Source: Candidatus Adamsella avium
GTDB lineage: Bacteria > Cyanobacteriota > Vampirovibrionia > Gastranaerophilales > CAJFVJ01
NCBI GenBank assembly: GCA_904420445.1
Contig: CAJFVJ010000001.1
Location: 352,744 to 416,743 of the forward strand
DNA: 64,000 nt
Direction of reading: 5' to 3'
Shown here: one piece after another, positions 58,720 to 64,000 of the stretch
Numbering within the stretch: position 1 is the stretch's first letter
Layout: the number at the start of each line of letters is the position of its first letter
The notes under the pieces: model-generated
What the model was told of the DNA's origin: nothing
The model's input: only the letters and a program-made list of their open reading frames with translations
Databases searched by the model: none
Program-made: the position numbers and the translations under genes

Positions 58720-60281
58720 GCAGCAGTGTTTCAGAATTACCGGAAATAAAACAAATTCCTGTATGGCTTGTGGCACTTGCAATAATGGTGCCTACATCAT
58801 TTGCAATGCTTGCAACATCAGCCACCAACGTTGCGCTTCCTCATATCGCAGGGTCATTCGGTTCGACTCATGAAGAAGTGAACTGGGTTATCACGAGTTA
58901 TATGATTGCAAATGCTATTTTGCTGCCGCTTACGGGATGGTTTGAGAATATTATGGGGAGGAAAAACTTCCTGAAAATTTTCATAATGATTTTTATATGC
59001 GGTTCTATAATTTGTCTTATGGCGCAGAATTTGAACATGCTTATTTTGGGGCGTGTAATTCAGGGTATTGGCGGCGGTCCTATGATGCCGATATCGCAAT
59101 CCATTTTGCTGCAGGCATTCCCATCAGAGCAGAAGGGACGTGCGATGGCGGTGTTTGCATTTGCCGTAATGACAACATCTATTCTCGGTCCTACTGTCGG
59201 AGGTTTTCTGGTTGATAATCTGTCATGGCAGTGGATATTTATAATCAACCTGCCTGCCGGAATTGTATCACTTATGCTTGTAGAACGGGCGATAAAACAG
59301 GAGAGAACAAGACGGGTAAGCAAGAGAGTTGATATTGTCGGGCTGTCTTTCCTTGTGTTATGGCTTTTGAATATGCAGATAGTCCTTGATAAAGGTCAGC
59401 AGTATGACTGGTTTGGAACGCCTTGGATTTGCGTGTTGACTTTTATATCTGTGTTCTCAATGATATTTTTCTTTGTTTGGGAGCTTGAGTATGAGCATGC
59501 GATAGTAAATTTGAGGGTATTCAAGGATAAAAATTTTGTTATAGGCACCATATTGGGTTCTTTCATCAATATGATAATTTATGTCACAATAGTTCAGCTG
59601 CCGGCTTATTTGCAGAGTATAATGGGTTATACTGCCACATTGAGCGGTTTATCTCTGGCACCGAGGGCAATTTCCTGCATTGTCATGTTGTTTATTGTCG
59701 GAGAGCTTGTAAATTATGTTGATAACAGATTGTTAATCTCGATAGGTTTTGCAATATTGGGGATATCAACGTTTATGTATGCGGGTATTTCTGTATCAAC
59801 GTCGTTCAGCTATATCGTTTTCCCGAATGTATTGCTCGGTGTTGGAGTTATTCTGACATTCATTCCTATATCAGCTTTAACCCTCGGAACGCTTCCAAAG
59901 TCTGAGATGTCTAACGGCGCAGGTTTGCATAGTTTGTCGAAGTGTGTTGCAACTGCGTTTATTACTTCGTTGTCATCGACTTTTGTTGCAAGGTTATCCC
60001 AGCTGCATCAGACTTATCTTGTTGATAATATGAGTCATTTCAATCCGATATTTTTACATCGTCTTGAGGCAATGACTTCTTCGTTGATGACAAATTTTTC
60101 TTCCGTTGTAGCTGCTAAGAAGGCGAATGTTATGCTTTATAATCAGCTGTTGGAGCAGTCGAAGGTTTATGCATTTGTTGATGTTTTCCAGCTGTTTGCT
60201 CTTATTGCTTTTTTGCTTACGCCTCTTGCGTTTTTCCTCAAGATAAAAAAAGAAAAGAAAGAGAAGCAGGCGCAGTCATAA
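58716..60281 (+). CDS. emrB: EmrB-like DHA2 MFS permease
   Basis: NVALPHIAG, WVITSY, RVIQGIGGG; ATGA overlap with emrA. Confidence 0.9.
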   Translation: MSSSVSELPEIKQIPVWLVALAIMVPTSFAMLATSATNVALPHIAGSFGSTHEEVNWVITSYMIANAILLPLTGWFENIMGRKNFLKIFIMIFICGSIICLMAQNLNMLILGRVIQGIGGGPMMPISQSILLQAFPSEQKGRAMAVFAFAVMTTSILGPTVGGFLVDNLSWQWIFIINLPAGIVSLMLVERAIKQERTRRVSKRVDIVGLSFLVLWLLNMQIVLDKGQQYDWFGTPWICVLTFISVFSMIFFFVWELEYEHAIVNLRVFKDKNFVIGTILGSFINMIIYVTIVQLPAYLQSIMGYTATLSGLSLAPRAISCIVMLFIVGELVNYVDNRLLISIGFAILGISTFMYAGISVSTSFSYIVFPNVLLGVGVILTFIPISALTLGTLPKSEMSNGAGLHSLSKCVATAFITSLSSTFVARLSQLHQTYLVDNMSHFNPIFLHRLEAMTSSLMTNFSSVVAAKKANVMLYNQLLEQSKVYAFVDVFQLFALIAFLLTPLAFFLKIKKEKKEKQAQS

Positions 60282-60287
60282 AATATT

Positions 60288-60314
60288 AAAAAGCAGGCTT
60301 TTTAGCCTGCTTTT
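60288..60314. terminator. Bidirectional terminator
   Basis: AAAAGCAGGCT...AGCCTGCTTTT. Confidence 0.75.
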
Positions 60315-60354
60315 GACATTGGAGTGTCAGGTTCAATGGACTTATTTGAAAATA

Positions 60355-60894
60355 TTAGTAGTTTTTTGCTTTGATGAAGAAGTAAGCTTTCGGATGTGCG
60401 CAGACAGGACATTTTTCGGGAGCTGATGTTCCTTCAAAGCTGAAGCCGCAGTTTGAGCATTCCCATACAACTTTTTCTTCTTTTTGGAATACTTTTTCGT
60501 CTTTGATGTTTTGCAGAAGTTTTCTGTAGCGTTCTTCATGCTCTTTTTCTATTTGTGCAACTTTTTCAAATAGGAATGCTATGTCGTTGAAGCCTTCTTC
60601 TTTTGCTTCTTTGGCAAATGTTGCATACATATCTGTCCATTCGTAGTTTTCGCCGGCTGCGGCATCTTCGAGGTTTGCCATGGTATCTGCGATTTTTCCG
60701 CCGTGGAGAAGTTTGAACCAGAGTTTTGCGTGTTCTTTTTCGTTGTTTGCTGTTTCTTCAAATATTTTTGAAATTTGGACAAATCCGTCTTTTTTTGCCT
60801 GTGAGGCGTAGTAAGTGTATTTATTTCTCGCCTGTGATTCTCCTGCGAAAGCTGTTTGCAGGTTTTTTTCAGTTTTGCTTCCTTTGAATTCCAT
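60355..60894 (-). CDS. rbr: Rubrerythrin
   Basis: [19 protein letters not shown]-terminal CSNCG..CPVC. Confidence 0.95.
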   Translation of the reverse strand: MEFKGSKTEKNLQTAFAGESQARNKYTYYASQAKKDGFVQISKIFEETANNEKEHAKLWFKLLHGGKIADTMANLEDAAAGENYEWTDMYATFAKEAKEEGFNDIAFLFEKVAQIEKEHEERYRKLLQNIKDEKVFQKEEKVVWECSNCGFSFEGTSAPEKCPVCAHPKAYFFIKAKNY

Positions 60895-60895
60895 C

Positions 60896-61348
60896 TTAAT
60901 TCTCCTTCTTTTTTCCATTACATTTGTTGCAAACTCCTCTTATCTGAAGGTTCGCATCTTTGATCGTGCCGATTTTAAATGCTTGTTGAGGGATTTTGAT
61001 TTTATCCTGTTCGCTGATGAAAACATCAAATACCTCGCCGCATTGAGTGCAAATAAAATGGTGATGCGGTGTTTTATCAGCATCAAATCTCGCTTTCGGA
61101 AGCTGGTTGTCTACTCTGAAAATCATATTCAAATCTTCGAGAGAAGTAAGAGTCCGATATACTGTATCGATTGATATGTTCGGGAGCTTTGATTTGACGG
61201 CTTCAAAAACAGCCTCAGCATCGGGGTGTGAAGTTGAAGAAGCCACCTCTTTGAGAATTTCGATGCGCTGATTTGTCACCCGCATATGTTGTTTTTTGCA
61301 GGCTTCTTTCAGCTCTTCGATTTTTTCTTCAACCATTTTATTGTTCAT
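60896..61348 (-). CDS. perR: Fur-family regulator, PerR-like
   Basis: [32 protein letters not shown]; directly upstream of rubrerythrin. Confidence 0.85.
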   Translation of the reverse strand: MNNKMVEEKIEELKEACKKQHMRVTNQRIEILKEVASSTSHPDAEAVFEAVKSKLPNISIDTVYRTLTSLEDLNMIFRVDNQLPKARFDADKTPHHHFICTQCGEVFDVFISEQDKIKIPQQAFKIGTIKDANLQIRGVCNKCNGKKKEN

Positions 61349-61351
61349 TGC

Positions 61352-61390
61352 CTATACTCTTAATAAGAATTATTCTTATTAAGAGTATAG
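61352..61390. promoter_or_regulatory. Perfect 19-1-19 palindrome containing a Fur/Per-box-like core
   Basis: CTATACTCTTAATAAGAAT-T-ATTCTTATTAAGAGTATAG immediately upstream of perR. Confidence 0.75.
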
Positions 61391-61490
61391 CATTTTATTT
61401 TAAAAAAGCAAGAGTTTTGATTTTGTTTTTATAAAACAGAGGGAACTCCATTATTTAGAGAGTTCCCTTTTTATTTTGGTCGGATTTTTT

Positions 61491-62672
61491 TTAAGCTTTA
61501 TTTGAATTTGATGAAAAGAACGGTCGGTAGACTTTTGATATATTCTTTCTTGTAACGGTCATATTCATGTGAGGCGCACAAGTTTTTTGTTTTTCGATAC
61601 GGTTTGAGTGATGGCTGGCATGGCGATGATGGTCTTTGTTGTTGTTTCTATACCCGGTACCTGCCCGGTATCCTGAAATCAGGTACATAATCGGCAGGGC
61701 AGGTTCTATCCATTTGAATCCTGAGAGTACGCCTGCTGTTGCGATATCATCGGCATGCAGTGCGACATCAAGAGGTTCTGGTTTTCTCTCCGCATATAGA
61801 CTTTTGCCATGCCCTTTATGGTGTTTGTCTTTATCAAACATCGGGTCGAGGAATTTTTTGCTTATGAAGTTGGCTATATAGCTTCCGCCGATAATGCCGG
61901 TAGCGGTGATGCCTCCTAATATTACGCCGAGTTTTTTTGTTGGGGTAAGTTTTTGTATTTTACCTGCTTTCTGGAGTTGTTCAGCACCGAATAGAGCCCC
62001 TGCAGCTCCCACATTGCACATAAAAATATTTGCAAGATATTGATATACGCCTTCTTTTATTTTGTTTGCTTTTGATTCTTTTGTTTCTGTTTTTGTTACT
62101 TTGTCGGCTAACATGCCGCCTGTTATCCCTCCTGCAACAGGTACTGCCCCCATTAGAGATAATCTTCCTATTTCGGAGAAAATTTCTTTTGAGGTTATGT
62201 CTTTGTTCTGAGAGAAAATGACATTAAAGAGTTCCTGTTTTCCTTTTGTGTCTTCTGGAATTTTGCTGATGAGGGTGTCTGCTTCTTTCAGGTTCAGGAT
62301 TTTTGTTTTTGCTTTATTTAGTATTGTAAGTATTTCATTGTCTTTCGGGGTTGATGTTTTGATGAAGTCATTGATTGCATCTGTTTGTTTTTTGACTACA
62401 TCTGACTTTGGCACATTTTCCATAAGCCCTGGAATAATGCGTTTCCCGTTGATTTTCAACCCACGTGTTCCGAGAAGAGATGCGGCTACAGTGACAGCGA
62501 GTGTAATAGCATTTTTTGTTGCCGCTGTTTTCCGTTCTTCTTTGGGCTTTCTCAGGGTATCAACTGCTCCGAATGCTGCTGCGCTGCCGATGAGAATAAC
62601 GGGCATTTTACGCTGAAGGGAGTTAACTATCAACGGTTGGTCAATAAATTTACCGATAGAAGATATTTTCAT
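61491..62672 (-). CDS. Uncharacterised membrane protein with His-rich segments
   Basis: Gly/Ala-rich hydrophobic helices; KHHKGHG, LHADD, DHHRHASHH. Confidence 0.75.
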   Translation of the reverse strand: MKISSIGKFIDQPLIVNSLQRKMPVILIGSAAAFGAVDTLRKPKEERKTAATKNAITLAVTVAASLLGTRGLKINGKRIIPGLMENVPKSDVVKKQTDAINDFIKTSTPKDNEILTILNKAKTKILNLKEADTLISKIPEDTKGKQELFNVIFSQNKDITSKEIFSEIGRLSLMGAVPVAGGITGGMLADKVTKTETKESKANKIKEGVYQYLANIFMCNVGAAGALFGAEQLQKAGKIQKLTPTKKLGVILGGITATGIIGGSYIANFISKKFLDPMFDKDKHHKGHGKSLYAERKPEPLDVALHADDIATAGVLSGFKWIEPALPIMYLISGYRAGTGYRNNNKDHHRHASHHSNRIEKQKTCAPHMNMTVTRKNISKVYRPFFSSNSNKA

Positions 62673-62692
62673 TAAATAATCCTTTAAATAAG

Positions 62693-62729
62693 AGTTAGTT
62701 TTTACTAATTTAGTTAGGCATGACTAACT
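62693..62729. promoter_or_regulatory. Two tandem DtxR/MntR-type boxes
   Basis: AGTTAG-N6-CTAATT and AGTTAG-N6-CTAACT upstream of 62672. Confidence 0.7.
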
Positions 62730-62767
62730 TTAAAACAAAAAAGAATCATTGTCAACTATTAATGAGT

Positions 62768-62891
62768 GGAACTTATATAGCAAATTCAACAACGTCATAC
62801 TAAGCTACCTGAACAAAAAGGATTCTTCGGGCTAAAGCCCTCAGAATGACGGACTTTTAATAGTATCTGTTGAATTTGCTATATAAATCCC
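62768..62891. mobile_element. MITE copy 5 (internally deleted, ends swapped)
   Basis: Same TIRs; flanks TAATGAGT/TAATATGT (6/8). Confidence 0.8.
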
Positions 62892-62899
62892 TAATATGT

Positions 62900-63331
62900 T
62901 TATTTGTATAGATTTTGCAGTTTTTCTTTCATTTCGGGATGTTCTGAAGATAAATTCTGTATAAACTCCGAGAGTTTTGTCATTCTTTCAAACATTTTTT
63001 CGCTCATTATATGCTCCATTTTGCAGGCATTTTCAGCAGCTTCTTCTTTTGAGAGGCATAAAATATTTATGAGAAAATTTGACATGATTTCATGTCTGTT
63101 GAGAATTTCTTTTGCTATTTTTTCGCCTTCAGGGGTCAGAGTGATGGATGAATAGGGCATGTAGTTAATCAGTTTTTTTGACGAAAGCTGATTGAGTGCA
63201 CCTGTTACGGAGGCTTTTTTTACATTCAGCATGTTTGAGATATCTGTTACTTTTGCGTATCCCTGTTTTACAACTTCGTTGTAGATAGCTTCCAAATAGT
63301 CTTCAAGACTTGATGATAATTTTTCCATCAT
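62900..63331 (-). CDS. DtxR/MntR-family metal-dependent regulator
   Basis: SLEDYLEAIY, VKKASVT, LTPEG, RH, ACKMEH. Confidence 0.93.
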   Translation of the reverse strand: MMEKLSSSLEDYLEAIYNEVVKQGYAKVTDISNMLNVKKASVTGALNQLSSKKLINYMPYSSITLTPEGEKIAKEILNRHEIMSNFLINILCLSKEEAAENACKMEHIMSEKMFERMTKLSEFIQNLSSEHPEMKEKLQNLYK

Positions 63332-63346
63332 AGCTCCTTATGCTTG

Positions 63347-63922
63347 TTATAATGCATCGTATGCCTTTTTTATTTCCTGAATATCCTGCCACATAAGCCA
63401 TTTTGGACTTCCTTTTCCTCTTGAGTCGTTCCTCAGCAGATAAGAGGGGTGAAACACGGGCATCATTTTTGAGTTGTAAGGTCCATCGAACCATTTTCCC
63501 CGGACTTTTGTTATTCCGAGGCTGGTATCAAGAAACGATTGGACGGCTGTTCCTCCGCAGAGAAGGATTATTCGAGGTTTCAGAAGTTCAATTTGCTCAT
63601 CCAGATAGCTGCGGCATGCCGCTTTTTCTTCCGGGGTCGGCACTCTGTTTTCAGGGGGGCGGCATTTTACGGTGTTTGTAATATAAATATTTTTATTTCT
63701 TGAAAACCCTTGACATTCAAGGATTTTGTCAAGAAGTTGCCCTGCTTTGCCGACAAAGGGAATGCCTTTTTGATTTTCCCAGTATCCGGGTGCTTCCCCG
63801 ATAAGCATAATTTTATCATTAGGTATTCCGCAGCCGAAGACAAGTTTGGTTCTTGTTTTGCCGAGAGGGCAGTTTTGACAGTTTTCACAATTTTTTCTTA
63901 TTTTTTCGAGCTCTTCATACAT
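63347..63922 (-). CDS. Family-4 uracil-DNA glycosylase
   Basis: CQNCPL, IGEAPG, PFVGKAG, KCRPPENR, HPSYLLR; ATG 63922 overlaps the upstream TGA. Confidence 0.93.
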   Translation of the reverse strand: MYEELEKIRKNCENCQNCPLGKTRTKLVFGCGIPNDKIMLIGEAPGYWENQKGIPFVGKAGQLLDKILECQGFSRNKNIYITNTVKCRPPENRVPTPEEKAACRSYLDEQIELLKPRIILLCGGTAVQSFLDTSLGITKVRGKWFDGPYNSKMMPVFHPSYLLRNDSRGKGSPKWLMWQDIQEIKKAYDAL

Positions 63923-64000
63923 TTGCCGGTACCGGAGGAGTGTTGAGTTCTTCTGGGTTTTCAACAGGTTTGAGTTCTGCGAGTTTGCAGATTTGTTCCG
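63915..64000 (-). CDS. 3' end of an upstream gene (partial)
   Basis: Open frame ...EQICKLAELKPVENPEELNTPPVPANV-stop, overlapping the UDG start. Confidence 0.5.
   Translation of the reverse strand, partial: EQICKLAELKPVENPEELNTPPVPANV

Noticed and set aside
6252-62891. Palindromic repeats as a CRISPR array
   Set aside because: Copies are dispersed and have TIRs and flanking duplications; there is no repeat-spacer periodicity.
464-63946. Numerous short antisense or alternate-frame ORFs in the ORF track
   Set aside because: They are nested in well-supported genes and lack an RBS or recognisable motifs.

Overview
This is a chromosomal window from an AT-rich anaerobic bacterium. The gene set (PFOR, ADP-forming acetate-CoA ligase, rubrerythrin, MotAB, many lineage-specific proteins) suggests Melainabacteria/Gastranaerophilales; that placement is inference. 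Housekeeping blocks (about 1-21,000 and 42,200-64,000) flank a visibly more AT-rich island of about 21 kb (about 21,040-42,126) that ends 11 bp from the 3' end of tRNA-Ser(CGA). The island carries a TetR-TolC-HlyD-ABC efflux operon and a Shango-like defence operon followed directly by a voltage-gated K+ channel. It also has an unusual mobility module: two MuA-type DDE transposases, a MuB-like ATPase, a winged-helix protein that looks IS1595-derived, and a small-terminase-like HTH protein, with no phage structural genes. The right end has a TGT terminus, a repeated ~21-bp motif, and a degenerate duplicate inside the island. Outside the island there are five copies of a 124-150 bp MITE with ~8-bp target duplications. 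Fur/PerR, DtxR, MarR and TetR operator-like palindromes are also visible. All protein calls come from motif recognition by eye; no searches were run.
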